From Botryllus schlosseri (lineage: Eukaryota), in NCBI GenBank assembly GCA_051294905.1, contig CM119373.1:24800001-24864000 (forward strand): 64,000 nt of DNA, read 5' to 3'. The notes beneath the pieces are model-generated. The model did not search any database and was not told where the DNA came from. It saw only the letters and a list, made by a program, of their open reading frames with translations. How positions within the stretch are numbered: the stretch's first letter is position 1; each line of letters starts with the position of its first letter. The translations under genes and the position numbers were made by a program. This document shows, piece by piece, positions 1 through 14,275 of the stretch.

Positions 1-1679
1 CATGTGCATGCGAAATATGCACGGCCTCGACACTGATATATAAGTGGTACTCAAGAATTCTGAATGAGAATGATGTATATATAGGATATGTGGGAAATTA
101 TAGGATATGTGTGATTGTCACAGCCTTTTCGTGCAAAAATAGAAATATTCTGTATTTGTCACAATATTTTGTCTAAAATTATTTCGTGGCCAAGCGCGTC
201 GATATAAATATAGTCGTTTAGAATACATTTCTCTGTCTGGAAAATTATTCATTCAGATTCGGACGCAACTCATACCTCCCTACAGAAATACTTTCGATCG
301 ACTTATGTAAGTGGCCGAGTGTCGTATGATGTTATCACAATCTAATTGGAACCGTCACAACTGGTAGGTTGGTATCCTGTCTTAGGCACGAACTTGTATC
401 TCCTTTTCGTCATATCTATTCATTATAGGTAACGACATATCTGTGGCATGGCGTCTTTGTCGAAAATAAGTATTTACCGTGCCAAAAGAAAACTCATGTT
501 GCCAAATTTATACCGATACTCATGTACATATTACCGTTTGTTGTGATATCTCAGCGTGGCAGTATTTTTCGCCCGTTTCCTATTTGGAATCCTTGTCAGT
601 AGTAATGCGAGAGGCTTAAGCTATGCAGAACCGAACTATCAATGCCAATGCTCTGCGAATGAGTTATTTTAGATATAACATACCCGGTAATCTTATACCG
701 CTTGGAAGCTAACTCGATGTTTCATTTATTTGAATTGAGTCGATTGCTAATACATATTGTTTTTTATATGTCCCGTATCAGCATATTTGATCTTCGTAAT
801 GATTCATATTTGGTGGTGTAACGGTGATATTTCTATACTCATACCGGCATGAAATGCGAAAATGGTGTATATATCAAACAATAAATACTTCAAAGTGCAA
901 TATGCCTTCAGTTCAGTTTGTTCAAGCGAAGTGGCCATCGTAGATCAGTGCCTCGATATCTGTTCGTTCATTGTACCTGCTATTATTGAACGTCGGTCAT
1001 GGTATGGACTTGGCTATCCCGCACTTTGATTTCAAAGTTGTTTGCTTAGATTAACTCGCAGTGCTGAGTTTAGGAGTCCATGGACGGCATTAACATATAA
1101 AGTTCGTGAAAGCTATTTCCAGAAACAAAACCGTGTGATAATGATGATATCAATTGGAACACCTGCCTTAACTATATCTCGCCTATTGTGAGATGTAAGG
1201 TCAGAAGTTTGAACTGATTTGCGCAGGCACGCGTATTTCACTATAGAGACGTAAGCAATGTCGGATATTCATGCAAAATATTTACCGTGGTTACCTACTC
1301 CCATGGGACTAAAACAGAAGTAGTTTTACTTTCTTAAGGTGTTCATTAACTCCGTCACGATAAAATGACAGATGACAGACCATACCAATCACGGTTTGAT
1401 GTATTCAATATTAGTAAAGGTTCATGAATAATATCGGATGTAGAGAAGGGGAGAGGTTTCAACATAGTGAAATATTCACAGACTAATTATATAATTATAG
1501 TGGATAGCAACAAAATCGGAACGGCGGCTAAAGGATTTTTTGTGAATTGCTGCTATCATAGAATAACAGCTTCTGGCGCCACTTTCAATATGCTTTACAT
1601 ATCACTGTAGCTCCGAATTATATTTATGCCATAAAGATTGCGTTGGTATCAACGTGACGTGACCCTTCAGCCTTTACAC

Positions 1680-2001
1680 CAGTGGCTCTCAAATTGGAGG
1701 GAGCGTCCAACTTAGGGGCGAGAAAGTATACCAAAAGGGGGGCGCGAATCCTCGGTCAACTGAAAATCTTTTCCGCGTTCCGCACGATTTACCTCCAATT
1801 CATAGTTATTGCTCTGTGTAGATTCTGAATTTCCTATTTAGGAATTCTCTCACCAATATATAGTCATAACCTTCCATGCCATCAAACTATCCGTTGGGAA
1901 TGCTGGCATTGTGGTTGCAAGTTGTAGTATGATGATAAGTGGGCGCGAAATTTTTCTCTATGATCAAGGGGGGCGTGTCCAAAAAAGTTTGAGAATCACT
2001 G
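1680..2001 (-). mobile_element. hAT (Charlie/Buster-like) MITE, family A
   Basis: TIRs CAGTGGCTCTCAAA / TTTGAGAATCACTG. Flanking 8-mers CTTTACAC / CTTCATAC (6/8). Body is the reverse complement of the copies at 4534 and 25741. Confidence 0.85.
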
Positions 2002-4533
2002 CTTCATACTATAAATGTTCATTTGAATAAGTGAATGGGTGGTTAATATTTTGATCGATTCCTTGCATTACTATGCAGCAGTACGATTCATTAAAACTGC
2101 CAATAACTACTATAAATGTTTAAAAATACACCTTACAAGTATAGGTTCGAATTCTGTTGTTCATCGAGAAATTTCGCATTAAAAATAAAACTGCAACTTA
2201 GGGCGGTTATCATTTGCAGCCAAAGTCAGGAATATAATTTAAGTGCCATTCAATTGCAGTTCGGTTGATCACAGGATCAGCGATACCATTCGTCATGTAC
2301 GATCTAATAACGACCCTGAGAAATTCCCTACGTGACAACATGCCTGCGTGCCTGGGAGTTGTCTTGCAACAACACAATACGTAGAAAAGCAATGATAAAC
2401 ATTTAAAATGGTGATGTGTTGACAGTCAATAAATATGTGGCGTTTACGAAGCCTGATCATGGAAGTGATGAATGTTTGGTTTGAAAGTATATCCATAGCC
2501 TGTGCTGGATTTGATAAGTGATCGGTTTGCGGAGAGCAATAAAGGAAAACTCACTATCTTGTCCTAGAAACAATTGACTTGACAATACGGCTAGAAAGTC
2601 AACATATACATATCTTGCTACTTCAGACGTCTGCGCACACGTTCGCGAGGTAAGCATAATAGGATCACGTTGTTTACCTTTCCGTTGTGGAGTAAGCTTT
2701 GTTGGTGCAATCCAATTATAAGGATCGTTAAAACGTCGTTAAAGGTAAAAATTGCAAACCCAACTAGTCAAAGCGTAACCATGTACTCGTGGAGATATTT
2801 ATGTACTGACATTTCCGTTCCTCCGGATACCATATTCAAACTTCTGGTTGTGTTTTACCGGTGTCTGTCTTCAAATTGTTCCGTGTCGTAATAACGCATA
2901 TATCATTCTATGGCATCGCAATTGGCGATGGGCAAAAGTTCAAGATGGAACATATAAAGCCCTGACCGTCCAACGAATCGGCATGCAGATTTATGACGGG
3001 ACTCGGACGAACAAACCCTAATATAATTTCTTCTGTAAATTTAAAATACTCTTCTCAATAAAAGGTAAAAATATGCGTGCAATTTTATTTACCCCCGATT
3101 TATTTGCGTTTTTTCAATAAGGTGGTCGGCGAAGTTCATTGAATCCCTGATAATATTGTTTCGGGCACAATTGAATTATTGCATCAATGAAAAGGAGTAT
3201 GGCGTATTTGAAACATATCAGACCTGGTTCACTGAATTTCAATACGAATAATATATTAGCAATCGGAATTTTAAAATAGGTTTTCACGAATAATCCGGTT
3301 GTATTATTGTCCATCGGAGATAAGAATAATAAAATTACCTTGTTGCATTATTTTTGTTTGAATTATGGACCAATTCACAATTCTAAGTTAGTCTCTTATT
3401 GACCATTTCATGTAGGATCTAATGATTCTTACGATAATGGCCGATGTCGCTGTATGAACACCCCGCTTATGTGCTGCTGTGACATTTCAATTTGTCTGCA
3501 TGTACCGTAAATGCAACAATTCATATTGCAGCTGTGAGCAAAGTTGTGATAACTTTGTATACAAGATAGTAATATCTTTTCTATTGTAGCCGCAATTTTA
3601 GTCAGTTCGCACACCGTATCCCGAATCCGACATTCATTAAGCCAGCCAAATTTGGCATTACATTGAGTTAATGATAGCTGAAACACTGTGATTACAGAGA
3701 TCTGATCTTGAACTTTCAATGGGCAGGTATCCAAATTTGGTCAATAAAGCTGAGGATTGGCCTAATGAGAACTAAAAGCAAGGTGGTTACAGAGATCCGA
3801 TCTATCAATGTTACATGATGGCGCCGCCGTGACATGCACAGATGGTAGTTGTAGTCCCACGTGCTCGGACATGTATACAAAATCACGCAGTGCACGCCAT
3901 TGTATTCCAACATAATTTTACGCTTTTCGTAGCGCGTGTTGATCTAAATAATCTGCAACAACTATTATTGTATATGAATGCAACAAGGTAAAGAAGAATT
4001 GGATTGAAATGCGTGTCAGACATAGGAAACCAGTGCGCTGCTTAAATTGCGATAATTACTGTATTTTCCAGATATGGCTTTTCGACAACGGGGCGTACGC
4101 CGTTAACATGCATTTTTTCTATTCTACCCCTGAAAATGAAATAAAATCGTTTGGCTCAAACATTCGACAGACCTCAAGAGACTTCGTGACGGCTTACGTA
4201 AGAAATCCGGATGTACTCGATTTTCGGTTCCTGTTTGGGAACGGATGGGTTGTTGGCAATGTTAAAAGCAAGAGATGTCAAGTCAATCATCAACAGACCG
4301 TGGAAGCACAATTTTTATTTGCAAGTAGAATCAAACAGAATGCATCGGCACAGGCATTGTGATTGCTAAAATTTAGTCTACTTATAATCTAATACACACA
4401 ATTCTTCTTTACTGTGTGTTTTACACCAAGCGGTAAATAATTTGATGCTTCATGAAACCCAGCAAAACAATTTTAGGCTCCATCGCTATAATAATTGTCG
4501 GCCAAATGATGTTTTACACCATTTCCTTAAACC

Positions 4534-4831
4534 CAGTCGTTCTCAATTTTTTTTTAGGCACGACCCCTTTATGATAATGACCCCCCCCTCCTAATCGACA
4601 TATCACAAATGCAATCAGTATGCTAGCAGTCCCAGCGGATAGTCTGATGGCATGAAAGGCATCATGACTGTTTGTCTCAAACATGAAATTCGGACTATAC
4701 ACAGTAATAACTATTAATTGTAGGTAAATCGCGCCGACCGCGAATTTTTTTTAGGTTCACCTCAGCTTCGCGACCGCCTTCAGTTGCTTTCACCCGCCCC
4801 AAGAGGGCGCCCCCCAGTTTTAGAACCACTG
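4534..4831 (+). mobile_element. hAT MITE, family A
   Basis: TIRs CAGTCGTTCTCAA / TTAGAACCACTG. Internally homologous to 25741-26036. No clean TSD. Confidence 0.8.
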
Positions 4832-5956
4832 AAACCCATTGAAAGAAAATTAGAAACTCTATACCTAATACTGTACATTCGGCCTGTTCCAGATTTCGAT
4901 GAAACGAATCACTTATTCTCCGAATTCTCATTGAGAAATACACGTGACGAACTTCCAGTACTGACATTACGGTACCTTGTTTACCATTTTAAACGATCAT
5001 GATCAAGTCTCGATGTCACAAGTTCAAAATTCTATTCATCGGATTTGGCTTAGTAGTCATCATTAGCGCGTCAAATGTTACTGAAAACGGCATAGTTGAG
5101 ATTTAAGTTTATTGAAAGCCGCTTAGTAGAGTTGCGCGTAAATCAAGTTCCAAATGCATAACGAAATATACAGGTGTGTCTAGTGTACTCGCATCGTGCG
5201 TAACATTTCTGTAGCTAGAATCTGCGATATGACATCATGCGGATCTTTCCCATGTGGACGTGAATACTGACGAATTCTAAGCTGATTTTATTGACGCAAA
5301 ACCGCGAAGCTCCAGTGAGAAAGGCCGTGGATATCAGTTCTAAAATTTCGATATTTTTGTACTGCAGCTTACAACATTTTTCAGTGTATCAACATATGGA
5401 TATTTGAGGATTTTCGGGAAAACGTTTTTGATCGTGACATGACGATGTGATATAAAATAACACAGGCGAATGTCAAACGTCACATGACAAAAATCCATAT
5501 TTGTTGTTTCGGGAAAAAGCTCAGTTTATTATAATGTCACTAGTTCAAGGATATATATCTCATCACCGGCGTCGATGCTGAATCAGTGGCTGATACGTTT
5601 AACGTGCAAACCCTTAGAGATCTTATGCTTATGGGCAATACGCTTAAATAGTCTTAAATAGCTTTTTACTTGAATCTATGTTGATCCGTACAGGTGTTAC
5701 AAACCTTGTCTTCATCGGAAGAGAGTTGCGACTGCAACGAGTTTCTATACTCGTTGCACCTGGTGGAAAAGGCCATAGTAGCCGATCATCATAACAACAA
5801 CAATAAGTCTTGCGAAATTATACTATACCAAATAATTGTTCTAATAAAGATTCAGTGATGATTCTTGATCAGAATTAACCGTAATGAAGCATTACTATAC
5901 TTGTTATTCGGGGTACTAAAATGGTCCTTTCCTTTGCCGTTTGCTTAAACATATTT

Positions 5957-6116
5957 TCAAGCTAACAATTGTATTAGTTTTGTGACCGCCTGTTCGAAGA
6001 ACTGTGAGCATAGCTCGGCAATCGGTACTTCTAAATCAGTAACGGTTTGCGGGATTACTCCTAATTCTACTTGAGCGGAAACGCTTTGAGTATCTTGATC
6101 ATCCATGTTCTTGATC
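5957..6116 (-). CDS. Candidate terminal coding exon of unidentified minus-strand gene
   Basis: Acceptor tttcacaaattag|G, then an open frame IKNMDDQDTQSVSAQVELGVIPQTVTDLEVPIAELCSQFFEQAVTKLIQLLA*. No homology recognised. Confidence 0.25.
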
Positions 6117-6544
6117 CTAATTTGTGAAAGTCAGCATGTATTTTACAATGTATTGAAAAGCCGATTTTGCCAACGGATTTTAGTCGCGGCGCGCCAGAAA
6201 ACCGTAAATCGTGCTACATTTGTATATCGGCACCAATCTAGGACCACCATTGACCATGGGCAGAGTGTGACTAGGTAGCATAATTAAGTAGCTCTAAACT
6301 TATTGGCAACTCGTCTTGTTAAAATACTTTTCGTTTTGACGAACTCTATATCGCAAGTAATGGCAACAATTTTCATGGAGTAAAAAAGTTTTGGCCATGC
6401 TGTACTCATTCAAACATACATCGAAATTAAAATTTTCAAAATCATACCACGATAAAAAAAATAGCAAGTCCCAATCAAAGCAGGAGACTTGTATTTTGAT
6501 ATAATAAAGACCGTGAATTACTATGAGTATATAATGAAATATTC

Positions 6545-6700
6545 TATTGAAATAAACCCTTATACATTGGGAATACGGTACATTCGTCAGGGGTAATTCT
6601 CATCCACCCGAAACATATTCGGGTTTATTTCAATATGAATATATTATTCCATTGCACATTAAAGTTACCTCCACGAGACTCTTCAAAGACAAAGACAATG
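6545..6700. repeat. Collapsed/degenerate copy of the Penelope-like terminal repeat
   Basis: Contains TCGTCAGGGGTAAT and GAAACATATTCGGGTTTATTTCAATATGAAT, shared with 14010-14345 and 19250-19450. Inverted repeat TATTGAAATAAACCC / GGGTTTATTTCAATA. Confidence 0.6.
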
Positions 6701-9700
6701 ACAAGGAGTTCAAAGACAAAGTAGTAAGGCTTAACACGGGAATGTTTTTCTTTAATCGGTGGGTGATTAATCCATAACAAAGTCAACTGCCTCTACGGAC
6801 GTAGCCAACATGATGAATGTATTCGAAAATCGGTATATGAGGGAATTTTTAAAGCTGTATTACGCAGACGTAAAGGAAAAGTCGTACGAGGTACGCGCAG
6901 GCAAACGAAAGCGATACCCTTCATGTGAATTTGAGAAATGACAACCGCGGAAAAATACTTTTCGCTGGTTTAACGCGTCCGTGATCTTTCCCGCGTAGTC
7001 ACCACGCTGCGTAATGACTCACAAACTACAAACGCGGTGCTTCTTCGATCTGTTATACGGTTGTACTCTTTCTACATCGATGTCGGGAGCGTTCAATATA
7101 TTCGACACGGCAGTGCCAAGATTTCAGTGCTCGCTGTTCATCATCGCAATACGAATATACAACACCAAGTCACCTTTCTGCATGTATTTGATCAAAAGAA
7201 TGCCAACCACTTACGCAGCCGACGCAAAATGCCGTTACCTTTACAACCGGAAACAACGTTTAACGATGAGTAATTTACCATGGGCGCAGACCCAGGTCGA
7301 TCGAAATCCTGTTGTGCATTTTATTTTTGTTGCAATCGAATTCTTTATGATCGCAATTACACACACTTCCCTAATCAAGTTTTTTTACCTAAACGTAAAT
7401 GTTATGTATTGTGTAATTGACCTCTAACTAAATTTTAGTTTTATCTCAAGAGCCCAACATTAACTGCGTCATAAACTCCAGACTGTATTGTTTTTAACCC
7501 AGAATGAACGATAACATCTCGATTCAATTATCCAAACGCAATCAATCGTGAATACCCCGCACACACGGATACCTGAAATGCGTAAATCTGCAATGACAGT
7601 GGCTTTTAGGAAACAGCTGTGTAGGTATCTAGAAGGTCATCACATATGTATTGTTGATTTACTACCTTGTCGGGTTTCGGGGCAAGGTGGATCAACATTA
7701 ACGGGATGATGGCATTCTCTATACTTTATTAATGTACTTTTTGAAGATTACCATTCAAACTCCAAGCGAGGCCGCTAGGGAAATTGTCGTGGTTTCCAAA
7801 TTGCCAAATATAGAGCGGCTGCAATAGTTTTTGTATACAACAGTACACTGCGTGCTGATAAACTGAGTCGGTTCAACCTCTAACGAAAGTTCTCACCTAT
7901 TAGAGGAGGCAGAAACCAGAGTTAGCATGTAAAAAGTTATGCGTTTCACTTTTGAATAGGTTTGAGGATCTCTGTCGTAAAGCTGACACTCCCGCTTTCA
8001 TTCTTAGTTAACAGATGGCTCTTCTTAGATGATAATCTGAGTTTTAATATCGGCATGGGGCCACGCGATTAAAAGGTTGGGGGCAAGCGTGGTAAAACAA
8101 GAAAAGACTTCCAATAAGGACGGGTGGGCCAAAGCCAGATTATCCTTCGATATAGTATATCAAATGTTACTTAATGACTCAACTTGTCCAAGACTGGGTG
8201 TTCATAACACCAACACTAATACATGCACGCAAAGTGAGAGCATCGAGAATTGGTAATTACGTCACTTTATTTTAGTTCAGCTGTGCCAAACCTTTCCCCT
8301 CTAAGGGCAAATAAAGGTGTTTTACATGTAGCAATATGAACATGATGTCATCGACTTAGAGAGCCTTATCCCTTTTGACTAATTGCGCGGTCGCCCACTC
8401 CATTATTTTGATACAAGCGCGGGGTTAAGTCGTCAGACAGGATCGGATGTTACTAGGCGGAGCTTCGCGTGTTTACATTAAGAGTCAATACAGATTATTT
8501 CGAAATTGAGTAATCATTTCGAGGTCTGATAGCGCTACTTCCCGTTATCTCCGTCTCCGAGCTGGAGGTGATTCGTTTTCTGAATATGTCACAATGAAAC
8601 TCAACCGACACGAACTGCGGCTGATTGCTTAACCCCATTATGTGCGTGCCATTTTTCGTCTCAGTAAGAATTTTACGTTAAAGTCTCTTAGGCAAGACGG
8701 ATTTCGAACTCTTATCCGACAAGAATCATCTCACAAAACTATTTTATGTACCGCATTATACTTCGTTGTGTATTTAAAATGACCCAATTTCATGCCCTAC
8801 ATTCCAACACACAGTCTGCATTATTATGGTAAGATCTGAAAACTTAACATATAGAACAACATATGTAGGCACTTTTCTGCCATTTAATGAAGGAGGTATT
8901 ATATACATTTTACTTTCCGAGACGTCGATCATATATTATCCACTGTCACTGACGCGACATCTAACTGGGGAATATACAGTATACACCATAGTCTAAAAGA
9001 GTTCCTAAACCAAGATCGTTCGGTCCCTCATGAAATCAACTAAACTGCTTCCAAAAAGAACATCAAGGACCATGCTGAACGTTAGTAATAATCATGCAAC
9101 CAATTTGTTATCGAAGACGTGAATTGATTCTGTTGAAATAAGCAACGGGAAAAATCTTATTTAGTATCAATGAACATTTTCAATTCAGCAAAACGTTACT
9201 TTGGATATTTGACATCATGTGGATACTTTTATATTTTCAGCTGGGAATGTTTCTATGTCGATCTCTGTTGCGGGGCACCATACACGATTGTCATTAGAAA
9301 CAAATGCATATGCGATATATACAATAAATTGAGAAATGTCACTGGATCACCAAATCTGATCGCGCGACCTTCTAAATATACGAGAACTCAATGGGCGTGT
9401 GAGTTGTTTCCCTACGTCATTCTCCCATGTCGCTACAGTAACGGGTTGCTGAAATTTTTTGCATTTCTGACACGGAAAGGAAATAACACTAGAAGCACAG
9501 ATCCTAACGTCTGTTTATAATTACTTGCACGCTTACATACTTTCCTGGTGTAAATATTATGTTATCTACCGTCACAGGAGTCCGTGTTCATTGAATATTT
9601 ATCATTAATAGTGATAATTACAATACAGTATACTGGTATTTTGTAGAACAGGCTGTCCGGAGATTTAAATGCAGACTACTCGTTTACATAGAACGCAATT

Positions 9701-10090
9701 GACTTGATATCACTATAATCGCGATGCCGTGGCATTTTCAAACATATGAGTGTTATACTGTGATGTATCTCTGGCTGTGTTGTATTATAATTTCGTGGCA
9801 GCTAAATATTCGTAACAATAATTAACCAATGGAGTACTGTTAGCTAACTTAATTTGATAAGTCGCCAACATTATAATCAAACAACCACATTGTACCGTTA
9901 ACAATACCTGGGCAATCTTATTTGGTTTCAGGCGCATCATCGTTTCGTTAATTGCGGTCCTATTACTTTCCAACTGTTACGGGTCGCCTGTTAAACCTAT
10001 TCCTTCAACAAAACGTAATTTTCTCACGTCATTAAGGAGGTTGATATATACATAGACAGGAATGGAGTCGCGATGTTCTTCCAACTAAGG

Positions 10091-10959
10091 CAGGGGCGGG
10101 CAACATACGGCCCGCGGGCCGGCCCAGACCCGTGAAGGGATTTTGTCCGGCCCGCGGACAGTTTTCTGTCTTACATGATAATGTGGCCCGCAGCCCTAGT
10201 CTATCGAGATTCCCCACTATACTTGCTTACTACGTCAAATTTTAGTGACTGTATGTTATTATATACGTGTATTCGCAGCGTGCGAGAGTGAAGCTTACGC
10301 GTAAGTTCGTCGAAGTGGGAAGACTTGCATTATCGGCATTTACAATGTACTCAATCCTAATGTCGTTTGTGGTAATCATGGTCTTCGTCGATTACAAGGA
10401 TCATTTACACCAGGCTGATATATCTTATTTTTGAATCCGTAACCGCCAACTTGTAGCCCGACACACTTCGAGGCTTCCGTAAGACACCGCTTATGCCAGG
10501 GATCGCCAACTCAAAACGGGTCGCGGGCCACTTTTCAAATTTCGTGGAGGATGCGGGCCACATGAATCCAATATCGAGATTAACTAGGCAACACAGTTGA
10601 ACAACGACGCAATCTCGTCACTCACTCAAACCTAATAAATTGATATCTTTGTAAAGTTGGGGCATACCGGGCTTATCGAACGCCCTGAAATCGAAAGGAT
10701 TGCACCGTGTGTTCATTGATCAGCTGCAAGCAGACATGACGGCGCCTATACGACAATGCTGTTCTCAAATCCACATTGTCTTCGTCATTATCGGCGAGAA
10801 GTGGCTTTGAAGTGACATTAAAATATATTCTATAAATACGATTTATTCCTTGTATACGAGGATAAATGGGCGAATAATGTATCGATTCAGCAACCCGGCC
10901 CGCAAAGTACCTAATTTTCCTATATCCGGCCCGCCGACTGGAGAAGTTGCCCGCCCCTG
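10091..10959 (+). mobile_element. hAT (Charlie-like) non-autonomous element
   Basis: Perfect 14-bp TIRs CAGGGGCGGGCAAC / GTTGCCCGCCCCTG. Perfect 8-bp TSD AACTAAGG. CGGCCCGC subterminal motifs. Confidence 0.93.
10497..10670 (+). mobile_element. Short degenerate hAT MITE nested in 10091-10959
   Basis: Left end CAGGGATCGCCAACTC...GCGGGCCAC, degenerate right end GTTGGGGCATACCGG. Flanked by GCTTATGC / GCTTATCG. Confidence 0.55.
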
Positions 10960-12789
10960 AACTAAGGCATAAAAGCACCATCCAAATCGCAGTCATCGAC
11001 TTGGATCATGTCAATAGTATGCTTACTAAGCTAACAATACAACATGTATAACATCAATCGATTGTCACAGTAAAAGTCTTAAACTACATTGGAATAGATT
11101 GATTCTAGTGTGCATCTGTAGACTTACAGTATTCGCTAAAGTAGTTTCAATATTTATCCAACATGTTTATGGCAGTAATGCTAACATAGCTCAATACTGG
11201 TCACTAACACTCGTCTGATACGCGACGTTCAACGTTTTAGTGTTGTATAAAGACAATATTTACTTGAATCGAACACAACGGGGCATAAGATGAATAAATC
11301 TTAGGAATTCCATTCCCGTAGTACGCGTTACGATTGCTCACGGCCGTAGAAGTTACTACATTGTCTCAACAATGACTAAAGGATATGTAAGAGCGAATTG
11401 CTTGATCTGAACCGCTGGAATTATTCGTGCATGTTTGGTTTTGCGAGTAAAAAGCCATCCTTCCTTAGTCGATGCGTTCATTATATTCTTCTAACGACGA
11501 AGAAGATCCATTTGATGTGCACGTATTGTGATCAACGCCTATAGATTAGCTTTGATGGTAAATCTATTCGCGATAGCGTTACAGCCGCCTGTTAAGTGGC
11601 TTTTTGAATAATAGGCTCGAGTCAATGGAAGTGTGTTAAGATTACCTGATAGCTTATAGCCACATTTTCAAGTGTCTGACAAATTCATAGAAGTTTTTGC
11701 AGAGGCGAAGGTAAATGATGAATATTTATGACACTTCCGTAAATTTATAAGCCAAACCAGGTGACATTGCATATAGTTTGTCAGCTAGAAAACAAATGGA
11801 AAATATCTGATCTACAACACATTATACAGTAAGAACCTTGAATATGCCTACTCAGACCTGAGTTTGTTCGAATAATCATCAGCCATTAATACATAACTGA
11901 TGTGTGACGTCAACTCTACACAAGATTATTGCTATTTTCAAGTGCTGAGGAATGAAGGTTATTTTATGCATTATAAAACCAAGATTAGTTCATTGTCAAC
12001 ATTACAACGTCATACAAGCTACACGTAAGGAAATATTGATGGCTATAGTTACCGTTGATATGCACGCTTAACCCTGAGCGACTCTGCATTTGCTGCGGAC
12101 AGGCTAAGTTTGAGATTCAACCATGGTATATAAAATAGACACACGCTACTAGCGACCCGAGAAAACGCCTAATGATATGGGATGTTGGCACACCAACGGT
12201 CGGATATGTATCGGTGTATAGTACATTCCTATCGGCTCTATAATTACCGAAGGCTCATATCGGCCGGTCATAGAAACAGCACACGACTGATTTACTTCTA
12301 ATGTTGAATTCACATGATCATTTACATTGAACTATGGATACTGTTATATTAAGATTCAATGTACACCGAATCCTCCGAATAATAGTTGCGATTCAAATGT
12401 ATGAAATTAAGTCGTATCGTATACAACTAATTTTAACGTAATTAGGTCTCGAGAACTTGTAAGCTCTACTTCAGAAATAAATTACTTTTGATTTTGTTTA
12501 ATACGGAACACAGAGAGGAAGGGATGTCTGCACGTGATATTTATTGTGAGATTTCTCTGGTTTCCTTAGTATTTACGATGACCGCGTGCACGGACAACGT
12601 TAAGTTATAAGACTATCAGAGCACAGCCGTCGATATTTTAGGACTGTCTTCCATTTCACCTTTTTGTTTTGAAATATCAAGAGATTATGAATGGCCATAA
12701 GTATAATAATGTTCGAGACAGTTAGCTTTAAGCCGTATAAGAATTCGTGTCATACTGCAGACTTCACGTAAACAGCATATAATTCTTAC

Positions 12790-12900
12790 GAAGTACGTGT
12801 GCGTCCGATTTATAGAAGTCGATGGAAGTCTTCTTGTTTTGTTATCAAAGTTCATAAGTGCAAGGAGTATTGTCTTGGAATTACGATCAACTTTATCCCT
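12790..12900 (-). CDS. Candidate internal exon (phase 0-0)
   Basis: aaattaacag|AGG ... TTC|gtaaga. 111 bp, RDKVDRNSKTILLALMNFDNKTRRLPSTSINRTHTYF. Phase-compatible with exon 20361-20436. Confidence 0.25.
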
Positions 12901-14043
12901 CTGTTAATTTCCTGAACCTGTAACCTCCTCTATTCATTGAATCAATGAAGGAATCAATATTTCTTGTTTCATCTCATCAACGAAGCAATGAATTGTTTAA
13001 CGAAACCATCTAGTGGAATTTTATCATTCTAGAACACAGTCTTACATTTTCACCGATTGTAGGAATTGTACCTACATATGTTACCAATAGAGCGTTATTT
13101 AAAACAAATTATCGATTGTGATCTTGGTTGAAATAAAAGATCCTTTTCGCTCGGAATGCTTACTGAATTTCGGTAAATTCTAAATATGATATCTGTACAA
13201 ATATAACGATTAACTATTCCTATACCATTGTCGACGTGAATCAGTGATCGCCAGGGCTTTGGATTAGGGCGAAATTGGCATGTTCATTACTTAAGTATAT
13301 AGCGAGAACAATATGATGGAGCAGACACATATCAGTAATCAGGAAGAGAGTAAGTTGCAATCCATTGTACTTTGTTGTCGGTTTAGGGATAGACAGGGAC
13401 ATTTTCGAAGAGGTCCCTATTTACTTTCTGCAGGATTCATGTTGTATTTGGCAATTAGATATTTGCTTTCCCTATATATTGTGCTATAGATATCATGCTT
13501 CGTAAATAAGTGATCTCAAATGATGGTTAGTACACTCTAATTTAAGAGTCCTACCATCAACAACATTGAAGAAGGCATCATACAACATTTTCTATTATGA
13601 GAACTCACCGATATCGCGCAATGGTTTTATTCGTGCCTTTACTGTAGATGCGTGGAGATAGTCGCCTCATAAGAAATAGGATTATCTTAAGAATAATAAA
13701 ATTTAGATATTTGTTGCAGGTTAATCTAAATTTACTATAACCCGCCACCTTACATGATATTACATATAATTTCATTTTCGGTAGTGAATATCGGGTATAA
13801 ACCGCGTTGGATGAATTACTTTAATGTATTCATATTTTACCATGGTGCTGTTGCGGATGACTTTTTTCGTGAAAGTAAACTAATGAAGATAATCATGTAC
13901 ATTTAAATAAAGAAATTAATGAGCATCATTTTTATATTAGAAAAATGGGGATGATAATAGGCCTAATAATCTTAATGCAATATAAACAGCCCTGATAGAC
14001 ACAATGGCAAATTCAATTTAATAGTATATTCATATTGAAATGA

Positions 14044-14079
14044 ACCTGAATATTTTCGGTTGACACTCTCGTCAGGGGT
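14044..14079 (-). ncRNA. Minimal type I hammerhead ribozyme motif (left arm)
   Basis: Minus strand ACCC-CUGACGA-gagugucaacc-GAAA-AUAU-UC-AGGU. Conserved core, palindromic stem III AAUAUU, one stem I mismatch. Confidence 0.55.
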
Positions 14080-14241
14080 AGTCGTCAGCAACTATGGAAG
14101 AGAATTGGAAAGAACGTACATCAACAATCGTATCACAAAATATGACGCCACCAGCATGATACGACTTTGTGACGTCATATTTTGTGAAAGGATTGTTGAT
14201 ATACAATGTTATTTCCAATTCTCCGCTAGCTGGTGACGATT

Positions 14242-14275
14242 ACCCCTGACGAGTGTCAGCTGAAAATATTCGGGC
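14242..14275 (+). ncRNA. Minimal type I hammerhead ribozyme motif (right arm)
   Basis: ACCC-CUGACGA-gugucagcu-GAAA-AUAU-UC-GGGC. Core intact, stem I CCC/GGG, palindromic stem III; stem II closing pair is G-U. Confidence 0.6.

Noticed and set aside
2018-2031. TTC-ATTTGAATAAG, resembling the Ciona spliced-leader sequence
   Set aside because: Only an 11-nt AT-rich exact match, with no donor GT directly after it or other SL RNA features; expected by chance.
3429-3913. Protein-like minus frames and a ~20-bp imperfect direct repeat (GT.TTACAGAGATC.GATCT)
   Set aside because: No usable acceptor for the best frame, and the repeat is too short and isolated to interpret.
7014-7427. 137-aa plus ORF and an in-register minus frame (LIKYMQKGDLVLY...NILNAPDIDVERVQPY)
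   Set aside because: No recognisable motif. The minus frame has internal stops and no convincing splice pair; unresolved without blastx.
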